From Nemertoderma westbladi (Eukaryota; Animalia; Xenacoelomorpha), in assembly GCA_032718475.1 (NCBI GenBank), contig JAUCBJ010003513.1:29522-93521 (forward strand): DNA of 64,000 nucleotides, written 5' to 3'. The number at the start of each line of letters is the position of its first letter. Position 1 is the first letter of the stretch. This document shows positions 34,827 through 47,109 of the stretch, in pieces. The position numbers and the translations under genes are program-made. A model generated the notes under the pieces. That model had not been told where the DNA came from and made no database searches. It saw only the letters and a program-made list of their open reading frames with translations.

Positions 34827-36216
34827 AACCAAACAATGTGTATGAGTCATTATTTCGTATGGCCCTAGACCGCGGTTTCCCACCCCCATCCCTTACATTG
34901 ACCACCACCCGGTGCATTTACGCACCATTTAATATCTTACTACTAATAATTTACTGCGTTTTTTTAACTTTTATAACAAATAATTTAGTATCGGATTTAG
35001 TGGAACCTGTGGAGAGTCCACGCTGCGACAACAACCAAAGCCGACAAACCATTACTACCAATAAATAAATCTTTATTTATGACTTAAGGGAAAGGAACAG
35101 GTTACTGTGGAAGGCTATTGTAAATAAACCATTAAACAAGAGTCAATGACACAGGTTACAGTTTCATGCAGTATTAGTCGTTCTCGGCGGCGGTTGGTTG
35201 TCGGTTGTCAGCGTATCGTTTACATTCGAACCGAGTTTTTATATGTTCTCACGAAGTTTCTGGCTGTCGACATCCTTCACAATATTGCTCATTCACTATG
35301 ATGGAAATCCTTTCTTTTACGAGAAAAAGTGATAAAATATTTTAACAACTTACTGTTATACCGTTTAATAATTAATCTGTCCTTTGGATCGCGTTTTACT
35401 TTGCCGGTTTATTAATTTTAAAGCCAACTTCAAGCCACTTCTTAGTTCGTTAAAAACAACCTGGAGGCAAAATACACAGGTTGTATGCCAGGCAGGCAAA
35501 GCAAGTGGTGTCGAAAATATACGAGGGGTTTGGTTGCTAGACAACAAAAACAACAACCTAAAGCGTATGATGTCTGCTTGTGTCTGCTGTGGCTGTAAGC
35601 TTGTTGTTACCGGAACCACATCCTGTTCTTACACACAATACTGCAATAGAGGTAGGCCTACAATATCAACCGGTTCTGAACATCGTAACAGTGTAGCAGA
35701 GCGACTTCCCTTGTAATGTTACCGGTCGGGGTCGCGGTGCCAGGGGTAACCGGTTTTAAAATTTGATAAAATCATTTTTCCTAAATTTAGTTTATTGTTA
35801 TAGTTTAAACGAAATGAAATTAGAAAGATCGCAACCCCCCTAACTTAATATGTTTCAGTATTTGACTACCGGTAGTTGTTGACCATTTTAAGACCGGTAG
35901 CATATTCCCCATTAGTCAGTTAGTCTACCGTCCGTATTGGTTTCTCTGAAATTTGACCACTGTTAGTGTTATAGAAATGAATAGCTACGAACTAAGTTCA
36001 TGTATATTCTTTACTCTTGGAATTATTTTAATAATTTATATTACAATTCAAGTCCTTTATTCAGTTATTGGTGATTAATATTGGATGGACGTTGTGATAT
36101 ATTCTGATTTGGATTTGTTTATTCTGCCTACCTGATTTTCCATATTGATTTTCACCGGCGGTGCATTGCTGGTGTATTCGAGTATAACTTTCAACGCGGC
36201 GACGAATCGATTGAAG

Positions 36217-36558
36217 ATGATACCAGTGATAAACATAGGAGAGGGGTTTCTAGTCCTGCTGTTGGTATGGATTGTATGTTGGTTTATGTTTTCAATATTC
36301 GCTCGGAGCGGCATGGGGCCCGCTGGACTAGGGGTGGTAACCATTGCTGTGGTTGTAACTCTAGTGCTCACTTTACTCCCCAGATCCCCCAATCCCGAAG
36401 ACGCACAAGCGCAGATCGACTACCGGAAGTACGATGATGTTATGATTCCCAGAACTATAATGATCGTTTTCTGTGGTCTACTGATATTGGTCGGCTTGGT
36501 TTTAATGTTTTTGACTGAATGGATCCAGCCTATTTATGCCAAACCTATCAAGAATTAA
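36217..36558 (+). CDS. TMEM218: Transmembrane protein 218 (ciliary transition zone), intronless, 113 aa
   Basis: Three TM helices; IGEGFLVLLLVW, LLPR, YDD..IPR and C-terminal IQPIYAKP match TMEM218 (VGAGVFILALLW..LFPR..VDDFFIGR..LEPIYAKP). Confidence 0.88.
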   Translation: MIPVINIGEGFLVLLLVWIVCWFMFSIFARSGMGPAGLGVVTIAVVVTLVLTLLPRSPNPEDAQAQIDYRKYDDVMIPRTIMIVFCGLLILVGLVLMFLTEWIQPIYAKPIKN

Positions 36559-38499
36559 CAGTTATTTTATTTATGATGTAAAAGTGTACGGGAATTGACA
36601 ATGCCGGTACACATTTATATTCTGTATAAGTTTCATATTTTTACCTGCTGGAAGAATTTATCGTCAGTTTATTGCAAATATCTGGAGAGCGTCCATTGTG
36701 TAGTCCACCACCACTGTTGATTCACACTATGAATTCCTATAGATCACTTTTCGCTTTCTTTTCGATCCAATCTTTCGATCTGTAATCGTGGTGAACTATA
36801 AGGGACTACAACTAACAAGTGATCGGTCAATCTTTATATTTTGATTGGTAATAAAATAAATATTTGAATACATTACAGCTGTAATTTATTAATTAATTTA
36901 ATCACTAATGTAACGGGTTATTCTTTGTGGCCTTATTTATTGAGTATTTTGTAACCAATCTTAGGAATATGACTTTTATATATTTTTTGTTTATATAATT
37001 ATATAATCCCCGAAGATTATTAATTAATATGAAGTACTTGTCATTGTCTGTATCATTTTTGTGTTGAGGAGCGTTAAGTTGTATAGTGCGCTATGCGGTA
37101 GTTGTCTCGGTGGCTTAGGGTGTTAGGGTAATTGAGCGTAAAGATAAACAATGTCAGTCTATTTATAGTACCCACTGTACTGTACGAAGACCAATGCGGC
37201 AATGAGTTCTAAACAAGTATAACGTCTTGATAAAATGAGATAGGGGGGTGGACGCAATAAAAATTCATCCCTCTCCAGGGGAACTTCGACGCAAATAACA
37301 GATGATGACTTTCAAAAATAAAACTGTAGCCTGTTCTATTGTGTTTAGTTTATTGTTTTGGTTAAAATAACGTGCCGCTGTAACCTGCTCCTTTCCCTAA
37401 ATTTAGAACTTTGAGGCGGGATATTAATTCGCCGAGATGAGATTTGCGTCCAGTGTATTCATATAGCGTTTTGTTGGTACCGATGGAGAACTAGCCATGT
37501 AAGTGTTCCAAACATTATGTACCGTAGGCCTACAGTTGTTACAGTAACTGCGATTAACGGCATAAAAAAGATATGAATTTCAGTAATATTCCTAAACATT
37601 ACAATATTAAAGCTATTAATTAAACATTCATCATTGTGTGGAAAGTGTACTGTTCACGTTGAGGGTCGATGTCCCTTTGTTTATTTATGTAAACCTACCC
37701 CAATGCGCTCGCACGGGAAATATATACACTCGGGTCACATAACGCTGAAAAGTGCTACTTTTCACATAATGATATAAATTATTTAAATCGAGCAATAAAT
37801 ATCAAGCAAAATAATTCAACAGGCAATATGTTTTAAATCAACCAATAATATTAAGCAAAATAATGCAGTTTTGAAACATTATTTAAATCGATCAATAATA
37901 TCCAGCGAAATATTAAGTTGAAAAACATTATTTAAAACGACCAATAATATCAATCGTATTAAATTATTGTGGCATATTGATACTAAATGTATGCCATTTG
38001 AAAAATTTGTATTTGAAAAAAGTGTCTCCGCGCACATCGCAAGCTATTCACAGGCCTTTTATTACAGTATATTTAAATACACCATATTTTGGAACATCTT
38101 GTTTATCTCATAAGTACAGTAGCTGGGAAATAATGCAATACCAATACAATATAATAATACTGTATTAGCCTACTGTATAGGACTCACCGTACAAATAAAT
38201 TATATTCGGGGGGCTTATACTATCGAACGGACCTGATTCACATCAGATAACTGGAAATCCCCCAATCAACCCAACAGACATGTTGTTACGTTATTCGATG
38301 CACCTCTAATGGGTTTCACTTTAAACTGTCTCAATCCGACGTCTTTCATCCGCTCTCAGACAGGCTGCCTTTGCATTTCTGCAACCTCTCCTGTTCCGAT
38401 AGATACCATCGCTGTCACCATTGCTGTTCTCGCATCCACTTAAGTCTATTTCATCCTTTATAACTCTCATAATAATATAGACATACATTTCGTTTTATA

Positions 38500-39240
38500 A
38501 TAATACTAGTGTGTGGATATTCATACCAATATTAAGAAATTGAAATGTCATGTTGTCTCCTTGTAATCTCCTTCATCCGATCGTATTCCTTCGTACACTA
38601 TGAACGGCGTGACCATTGCGAATAGACCTTCCAGTCGCGGCCTCGGTATTGAAGTATCAGCCGACTTACGGTTCAGCGAACACATTCATATGATCTCCGG
38701 TAAGGCCAGAAAGATTTGTTTTCAAATACGACGAGCTTTTGGTCACCGTAACGCAAATTTTCAATTCAATTTATTAAAAGTTTTCGCAAGACCTATTCTG
38801 GAATTCAACTCTCCAATATGGAATCCTTCTATTGATCGTGACATCAACATTCTAGAACGAGTTCAAGGAGATTTTATTAGACATTTACTTTGTATGAAAA
38901 ATTATTCATATAGCGATCGCTTGTTACATTTAAATGAAGAACCACTGGAAATTCGTAGAATTAAAGCTGACTAACTGAAATGCACAAAATAATTACGATT
39001 AATAACAACACAAATGAAATTTTTAGTCTGTCTCAAAATCGTAGCAAAAGAGGTCTCTCAAAAAATTTACAATCCCTACATCAATTAGTTGTATCCAACA
39101 AAATCATTTTTCTGTGTGCTTTATAAATATCTGGAACAACTTATCAAACAATTTAATAATATCTTCCACTACTAACATATTTAGAACCTCATTAAGTCCT
39201 GTTGATTTACAGTACTACAGTATTGTAAGGGTTCGTGGAA
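38500..39240 (+). mobile_element. Decayed CR1/Jockey-group LINE RT 3' fragment
   Basis: LG..VS.DLRFSEHI..I..KA, RPILEF.SP.WNP...DI..LERVQ..F, Y.DRL..L....LE.RR..AD. Confidence 0.85.
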
Positions 39241-40118
39241 AACGTTTATGTACATTGTTCATGATCAGGACTATAGTTGATTGACATATTGCATATTGCA
39301 GTTGATTAATTTATTTGACCTATCATCTAAGCCACCGTAGTCATGTATATCTCACAGGAACTACTAGGGGGGCCTACTGTAATTACACTTATATGGAATT
39401 TTGCATTAAATTAATTTATGTAGTACCTTTGTAAATTTATGTAGCGGGCATGGCTGAGTGCCACTAATATATTTTTATTGAGTAGGCCTACGCTAACTAT
39501 TACACGTGATGTGTGATTGTATTTTTATTGTTATTGTGTTTATTGCTCTTTTCCAATTTTATTAAATAATAACATATGTTATTGTTATTGTTATTGTTAA
39601 GGCTTCCTATACTAAGCTAGTTTATTATAAGACGCCTTGCTTCATATTCATAATGCTAATTTCTTTAGAATTTCCAAAAATTAATATACTGTATATTCCA
39701 CTCCGCCCCGCGTATTTGTTGGAGCATAGGATTTTTATCATCTATACCCGTAGTTACGCACAAAATCTTCTGGCACAAAAATTTTTTTCGCTATAATTCA
39801 CTCCACTATCACTATTAAAATTTGTAGGCCTACCTTTAAATACAAAAGAATTGTAATGCTGTAATGTGTACTTATTGCTCAAGCGCGGCGCGCCTCCAAC
39901 TCCAACCATTGACTCAAAAGATAAAGCTTTTCTTCAATTCTTGATTCTGCAGTTGAATGTACTGTACACAGTAGTGCAGATCTGTCGGTGACTAAGCACA
40001 GTGCCGGTACAAAGTAGCCTTTGTGGTAGTGATATAGTATTGTAGTACATTAGTAGGCCATGATGTGGTAAATATTCTGATCAACTGAAAAATAAATCGA
40101 CCTGGAAGCAAACAACAA

Positions 40119-40895
40119 ATGAGCTGGAAGCGATCTAAACCCAGTAAAAGTCGGAGTTCGATAATTAATTCTGATAATTTCTTTAAAACAAATCTGGAGA
40201 AAGTAGAACAATTGGAGGATAACATTAAGCGCATCATAAACGACTGCAAGGACTGTAGCTCAGCCTTTACCAGGGCAGCTATTAATGAGAATTCCTGGCA
40301 AGACTTTTCTGCACAGGAGTCCAAAGTTCTAGAGAGCCACCAGCCTACAGTGCAGAAACTTTTACAGAATATATCAACTTCTAGTAGAGCAATAAATTAT
40401 GCATCAAGGGAACTCAGTGCTATGGTGCACGACACTGTTTATGAACCAGCTAAGACATTGAACTCGGTCTTCCCAAACATCTCTCAGGTCGTCAAACGCC
40501 GAGAACAAAATCTGCAGAAAGTCGCCGAGTGCCAGATAAAGTTGGACAAAAGTCTGGAGAAAGAACGGACTGGTCCCAATCTGGTGGAGATTGAGAAGAG
40601 ACGAGAGGCCTTGACCCTCGCTAAGGAGGAATACCAGAAGCGGCATCACCAGTTAATGACAGAACTCCCCGAAGTCTACGCCGGCACTATTGAGTTCATG
40701 GTCCCGTCGTTGGAGGCGTTGTATAAATCCCAGGTCGCCTACTACAGTCTGTCTAGTAAAGCAGCCCAATCATCAGTGGCCCAGATGAGTCACAATGCTG
40801 TTATAGATAATATGGGCGATGCGGAATATCAAAAATATATAAAAGATTCAATGAATAAAATACATTCGTTGTCAATTGTATCTAATGAATATTAA
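40119..40895 (+). CDS. BIN3: Bridging integrator 3 (BAR domain), intronless, 258 aa
   Basis: MSW start, TVYEP.K...SVFP.....VKRREQ.LQ, K..EKERTGP, L..ELP..Y, PSLE.L.KSQV.YYS and C-terminal LSIV match BIN3. Confidence 0.9.
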   Translation: MSWKRSKPSKSRSSIINSDNFFKTNLEKVEQLEDNIKRIINDCKDCSSAFTRAAINENSWQDFSAQESKVLESHQPTVQKLLQNISTSSRAINYASRELSAMVHDTVYEPAKTLNSVFPNISQVVKRREQNLQKVAECQIKLDKSLEKERTGPNLVEIEKRREALTLAKEEYQKRHHQLMTELPEVYAGTIEFMVPSLEALYKSQVAYYSLSSKAAQSSVAQMSHNAVIDNMGDAEYQKYIKDSMNKIHSLSIVSNEY

Positions 40896-41028
40896 ATTAT
40901 TAATATAAAACAAATAGGAGGTATTAAATATCCCATCTGCCTGCAATAATATTAATTTATTGTATATTTATGAAATTCAGTAAATCTAACAGGAATTGAT
41001 CAATTATTTATTGTAATAATTTAATTAT

Positions 41029-42783
41029 ATGGCGTTAACTCCAGGCAACACTTTATGGAGCAACTGCGTGCCGCCTCTATCTCCGGTTGTCATAGAAACC
41101 TTGCGAGCCCAAGGTTTCCTTACGATGACGCCGGTGCAGAGCGCCGTGATACCGCTGTTGCTTAGCAACAAGGACGTAGCCGCGGAGGCGGTAACCGGGA
41201 GCGGTAAAACTCTCGCGTTCGTTGTCCCGGTGATCGAGTTGCTATCGCGACGCCGACCTCGACGACGAGACATCGGGGCGCTCATCGTGAGTCCCACACG
41301 GGAACTCGCGACGCAGATCCACGCGGTTGTGTCTCCGCTGGCGTCGGCGTGCGGGTTGAGTACCGCGCTGGTTATCGGCGGTAAGCCGACCGACGATCTC
41401 GGTAGACTGGCGGCCCACGGCGCCAACGTGCTGACGGCGACCCCCGGCCGATTGGTCGACCTGCTGCAACGCGGCGACCACTCGGTGTTCAGCGTCGTCG
41501 CCGGACTCAAATCGACGGAAATCCTGATCCTCGACGAGGCGGATTTACTACTCGATTTGGGTTTCGAAGAATCTATAAATACAATTCTAGAATCGGTTCC
41601 TAAGCAACGTAGAACCGGGTTGTTCTCCGCCACGCAGACGGACAAGGTCTCTGCGTTAATGCGAGCGGGTCTCCGCAACCCGGTGAGGGTGTCTGTCGCT
41701 GAGAAACCAACGTCCTCATCTGCGACCCAGACTACCCCCGCCAACCTCGCCAACTACTACGCGATATGTCCTGCCGCCGATAAATTAAACTTCCTCGTAG
41801 ATTTTCTCGATAAACACGCGACCGAAAAGGTTTTAGTTTTCTTTAGCAGCTGCGCCGCAGTCGAATATTTCGCTAAAATAATCGCTCGTTTAATGAAACC
41901 CATCGATGTTTTATCGCTCCACGGCAAAATGAAGAAGAAACGATTCCGAGTGTTCGATAAGTTCCGCGTTGTCTACACGCCCGTCGTTCTGCTCTGCACC
42001 GACGTTATGGCTCGCGGAGTCGACGTCCCCAGTATCGGTTGGGTCGTCCAGTTCGATATCCCGACCTCAGCCGCCGGGTTCGTACACCGTTGCGGTCGGA
42101 CCGCGCGTCTCGGTCGACATGGCAACGCGTTGCTACTGGCGATGCCCAACGAGGAGGCGTACCCCGGGTACGTGACTCGGAGTCGCTCGGTCCCGCTGCG
42201 TGAACTCAACGTCGTGGACGAGCTGCGTGACGTCACTGAGTTAGCGCGCGAGATAGCGCGCTCGGATCGAGGGGTTTACGAGTTGGGGATGAGAGCGTTC
42301 GTCTCCTTCATACAATCCTACTGTAAACACGAATGCAGTTACCTTCTGCGCGTTAAAGAGTTGGATATCGGAGGTTTGGCTTCCGCATTCGGTCTGCTAC
42401 GTATTCCTAAGATGCCGGAACTAAAGGGAATCGAAATTAAGAACTTCACTCCATCGGCAGTTGACACCGACACAATAAAGTTTAAAAACCGACAGCGTCA
42501 AAAATTAAGAGAGTCTAAACTGAAAGTGTTCAGTGAGACAGGTGTGTTTCCTTTAAAGAAGTCGAAAGAGTTTGAAAGAGACAAGTTTCAAAAGATGATA
42601 CATGATAAGAAGCAGGACAAGAAGTCCCGAAAGAGGCTGAGTATTCGGAATAAGAAAGCGAGAGGCGTTCTCAGTAAGGATGAGCTAGAGGAACTACGTC
42701 AGGATATGTTGCTGATTAAGAAAGCTAAACATGGGAAGATCAGTGAGAAGCAGTTTGATGATGAGTTTACACCAGTCGTTTAG
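41029..42783 (+). CDS. DDX55: DEAD-box RNA helicase DDX55/Spb4, intronless, 584 aa
   Basis: MTPVQ, DVAAEAVTGSGKTLAF, SPTRELA, DEAD, PKQRRTGLFSATQ, RAGLRNP, TDV.ARG.D, FVHRCGRTAR, AFVSF..Y.KHEC, GLL..PKMPELK and a basic C-terminus. Confidence 0.96.
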   Translation: MALTPGNTLWSNCVPPLSPVVIETLRAQGFLTMTPVQSAVIPLLLSNKDVAAEAVTGSGKTLAFVVPVIELLSRRRPRRRDIGALIVSPTRELATQIHAVVSPLASACGLSTALVIGGKPTDDLGRLAAHGANVLTATPGRLVDLLQRGDHSVFSVVAGLKSTEILILDEADLLLDLGFEESINTILESVPKQRRTGLFSATQTDKVSALMRAGLRNPVRVSVAEKPTSSSATQTTPANLANYYAICPAADKLNFLVDFLDKHATEKVLVFFSSCAAVEYFAKIIARLMKPIDVLSLHGKMKKKRFRVFDKFRVVYTPVVLLCTDVMARGVDVPSIGWVVQFDIPTSAAGFVHRCGRTARLGRHGNALLLAMPNEEAYPGYVTRSRSVPLRELNVVDELRDVTELAREIARSDRGVYELGMRAFVSFIQSYCKHECSYLLRVKELDIGGLASAFGLLRIPKMPELKGIEIKNFTPSAVDTDTIKFKNRQRQKLRESKLKVFSETGVFPLKKSKEFERDKFQKMIHDKKQDKKSRKRLSIRNKKARGVLSKDELEELRQDMLLIKKAKHGKISEKQFDDEFTPVV

Positions 42784-43499
42784 GGAACCACTGGGGATAC
42801 AGGTGTAGTTATAATGTGATTTCGATTTTGTGATATAAACAAAAATAAAATAATAAACAGACATTAAATTTTTCATGTAACAAGTACTTTACCATTAATG
42901 TTCTTATAATAATGTATACCTGAATATCGAATTGCTAGAATTTATTCTAAATAAAAATGAAATCTGTGCTATCCCTCTCGTTTCTGTTTTGGATTTTTAG
43001 AATAGACTGTAATATATCATATCAATACTTATGTTCTTAGTAATGATAAATGGCAATATTTATAGACGAGTCAATATAGCGAAAACCCATGTATTTCGAA
43101 ATCAGTCCGAACCACATATTTTGGATTCTATATGGTCAATGACCAAAAAAAAGTCTATAAAATTTTATTTTCCGGATCATATGTTTATTCATGGAAATTC
43201 CGCGTAAATTTGCATAACACAAGCCAAACAAAAGGAACAGTATGGAAGAGTAAGTAGCAAATTAGTAATGTTCCAGAATAATTTAATTAATTTCACAATA
43301 AGCTGTGATTAAATGGGAAGTGAGTAATATTTACACTGGCGTGTTACACATTAATTGCTATTTCTCGGTATCAAATATTTAAATATACCAAAAAATTAAC
43401 CGATATATATTAATGTAACTGATGCAAAAAAAAGTAGTAGAGAAGTGAAATAATTTCCACTAAATAATAATGTTGGCTAAGATTTTTAACATAATAAAA

Positions 43500-44050
43500 T
43501 TGGGAGTGCTGAATTGAGTTTAGGTGTAATTATTTTTTTTTTTAGTTTAAAAATCACAATAATTTATCATATGGATATGGCTGGGTATTTCTTGGGAACA
43601 TGGGTTTTTGGGGTGGACAAATCTGATGGGCTTGGTTACATACCCCCGTTTTGTAAAGAAGTAGTGTTAATAAGCTTCCTATTTTGTACCAGTCAAAATG
43701 GTAATAAAATAATGAGGAAATTAGTGTACAAATTTCCGTTGCTATGGAAACTAAATTGGTAACTATGTAGAAGTGCATAGTTTAGTCAATCGATAGTCAT
43801 TGGACTAAAGTTTGTCTACACTAAGTTTGTTGAAAACCACACCAATGCAATAGCTACCTTGTTGCTATGTAAAATCCTTGTTGCTAAGGATAGAGACAGG
43901 AAATTGAAACTTATCCGCATAATATATTATTATATACTTCTTTGGGGTATTAACAAGGTAATATAGAATCGGAAAAATTTGATTTGGATTAATTGCGAAT
44001 TTGTTACGGATTGACCGCATTTTTTGGCTAGATTGATGCGCCTGCTATTA
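43500..44050 (+). repeat. Dispersed non-autonomous DNA-transposon-like repeat (GTTGCTATGG motifs)
   Basis: Reverse-complement homolog at ~60870-61880, there interrupted by a MITE. Boundaries approximate. Confidence 0.65.
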
Positions 44051-44476
44051 CTCCTTCAGACAGACTTTACACAGAAATAAGCCAGTCAGATAATCAATAG
44101 GCCCTACTTGGATTTAATAGACCATAATTACACATTAGTGGGGCCTTCTCGCAGTGCGAAGTATGAAAGCCACCCCATGGAGGGACGGATTAGGGGGGGG
44201 GGGGGGGGGGGTCAACCGGTGCAGCTACCGGGGGCCCGCAAGTTGAGAGAAATTTACCGAACATTACCTCACAACCTCCTTTATTCACAACTTTAATTCA
44301 CAACCTCATTTATTTATTAATTTCTGGCTATTCAATAAATATTTATATCTCACATATAGCACCATTCATAGACAGAGACCATGCCTGATTAGAGAATGCC
44401 ATTGAAATAAAAATAGAATGGCCCTTAATGGTAGGCAACGGATAGCAGAAGCCAATGTCGTAAATAATCATTCCAG

Positions 44477-46438
44477 TATGGCGTCTGATTTGAGCCAAAA
44501 TACCTTAGAATTATAAATGTGTACCTTACATTTTTCATTAGCTTATATTTATAAGCATCGCTTAAAAGTATGGTATTTTATTTCATTTGAATTTATACAT
44601 CGCTTAAAAGTAAGCTATGTTTTATGTAGTTGACTTTAATAAATCGCTTAAAAGTAAGATATTTTTTACAAGTTCTGTTAAAACATCGCTTAAAAGTAAG
44701 CTATGTTTTTTGTATTTGCCGTGAAAATCGCTTATAAGTAAGCCATGTTTTTGCAATTTCCTTGAAAATCGCTTAAACGTATGGTATTTTATTGCATTTG
44801 AATTTATAGATCGCTTAAAAGTAAGCTATGTTTATGTAGTTGACTTTATTAAATCGCTTAAAATTAAGATATTTTTTACAAGTTCTGTTAAAACATCGCT
44901 TAAAAGTAAGCTATTTTTATGTAATTGACTGTAATAAATCGCTTTAAATAAGGTATTTAATTGCAGTTCTGTTCCAACATTGCTTAAAATGAAGTATATG
45001 TTTATGCAGTAATATAGTTTAAAGTAAGCGATGTTTTTACAGTGTCGTTTTAAAGTAAGCGATGTTTTTACAGTGTCGTTTAAACATAGTTTAAAGTAAG
45101 CTATGTTTTTGCAGTGTTTTGTCCAATCAAATGCGTTGTTGACAATATCTGCAATTAGTAAATAGATCACGAGAGGGCGCTGTTGAGCAATTGTTATATT
45201 CCAGTATTCCATCAGCAAAATTGAATTTCTGATATGTAGGGTACACGGTACGGACAGTACGGTTAACAGTATAGTTACAGAGTACTGCAGTAGCCAGTAG
45301 GTATGTCATCTGAGAATTTCATCTTTGAAATTGAGAGCCTAATACGGAGGTGCCAACAAATTGCAGATGATACATATAAGCAGCAGCTACTTTGATGCCG
45401 AGCAATAGGTAAACTTAATAACCAATGCAGCCATTCACGGAGGCTTCGATTTAAATCAATTATTCCAGAATTACGTGTTGTACTGGTATCGGCGGCGCTA
45501 GGGCTATTACCTGTATTCCCATCCTCTATTAGGCGATCCAGTACATCAACCTTATATTGAAAAATACGAATACAACAATTGCTCAACAGCGCCCTCTTGT
45601 GATCTATTTACTAATTGCAGATATTGTCAACAACGCATTTGATTGGACAAAACACTGCAAAAACATAGCTTACTGTACTTTAAACTATGTTTAAACGACA
45701 CTGTAAAAACATCGCTTACTTTAAACTATGTTTAAACGACACTGTCAAAAACATCGCTTACTTTAAACTATATTACTGCATAAACACATACTTCATTTTA
45801 AGCAATGTTGGAACAAAACTGCAATTAAATACCTTATTTAAAGCGATTTATTACAGTCAACTACATAAACATAGCTTACTTTTAAGCGATGTTTTAAGAG
45901 AACTTGTAAAAAATATCTTAATTTTAAGCGATTTAATGAAGTCAACTACTTAAACATAGCTTACTTTTAAGCGATGTTTTAACAGAACTTGTAAAAAATA
46001 CCTTACTTTTAAGCGATTTATTAAAGTCAACTACATAAACATAGCTTACTTTTAAGCGATGTATAAATTCAAATGCAATAAAATACCATACTTTTAAGCG
46101 ATTTTCAAGGCAATTGCAAAAAATTAGCTTACTTATAAGCGATTTTCAAGGCAAATACAAAAAAACATAGCTTACTTTTAAGTGATGTTTTAAGAGAACT
46201 TGTAAAAAATACCTTACTTTTAAGCGATTTATTAAAGTCAACTTCATAAAAAATACCTTACTTTTAAGCGATTTATTAAAGTCAACTTCATAAAACATAG
46301 CTTACTTTTAAGCGATGTATAAATTCAAATGCAATAAAATACCATACTTTTAAGCGATGCTTATAAATATAAGCTAATGATAAATGTAAGGTACACATTT
46401 GTAATTCTAAGGTATTTTGGCTCATATCAGACGCCATA
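44477..46438. mobile_element. Foldback element with ~720/870-bp inverted arms, ~370-bp spacer and 6-bp TSD TTCCAG
   Basis: TIR TATGGCGTCTGAT.TGAGCCAAAATACC mirrored at 46410-46438; arms built of ATCGCTTAAAAGTAAG subrepeats; TTCCAG at 44471-44476 and 46439-46444. Confidence 0.9.
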
Positions 46439-46724
46439 TTCCAGAACATGTAAATATTTAACTTGACGTGAACCAGTAGTGAGTAGTGGGATAAGCCATG
46501 AGTTGCATTTACTACAATGTTGCCTAGACTACCCAGACAGCCAGACTATCGACTCGGCTACTAAGTATGTAGATAGCCAGTGTAAAGGAATCAACTCACC
46601 TTCACCCATGGGGTTAATGTGAGTTGATTATATTGGTTGTCTGGCTTGGCTCGTTGCCTAGCTGACTGGTGGGGCCCAGTGGGGGTGAATCTGCTGAACT
46701 AATAAAGGGCTTTCCGCGGTACTG

Positions 46725-47068
46725 TCCTGTCCTGTTACCCCCCCCGTCTCAGATAGTGATCTGACCGCCGTTCCTGTTACCCCCCCACCCCCCCCCCCCC
46801 CAAGTGCTATTACCCCCCATTCCTGTTACCCCCCCATCACAGAAAATCAATGATTCATGTTAGTAACCATTTTAGTTACCAATTGGGGAAGAGGAGCAGG
46901 TTTCAGAGACGGCTTTTTCTAACCAAAACAATAAACGATGTTGTTGCCAATTGAGGGAAAGGAGCAGGTTTCAGAGACGGCTTTTTCTAACCAAAACAAT
47001 AAACGATGTTGTTGCCAATTGAGGGAAAGGAGCAGATTACAGAGACGGCTTTTTCTAACCAAAAAAAT
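46725..47068 (+). repeat. Second copy of the 20190-20545 dispersed repeat
   Basis: Same CCTGTTACCCCCC and GAGCAGGTT.CAGAGACGGCTTTTTCTAACCAAAAC units. Confidence 0.75.
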
Positions 47069-47109
47069 AATTGTTTAGTGGGCGAAGGTTGCACGCGGGC
47101 GAAGATTGC

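Noticed and set aside
35365-35716. Short ORFs between GCLC and TMEM218
   Set aside because: Non-ATG starts, no motifs and no convincing splice context.
41025-42236. Minus-strand and alternative-frame ORFs over DDX55 (also over septin, BIN3, gag and RTE)
   Set aside because: Shadow ORFs of GC-rich coding sequence.
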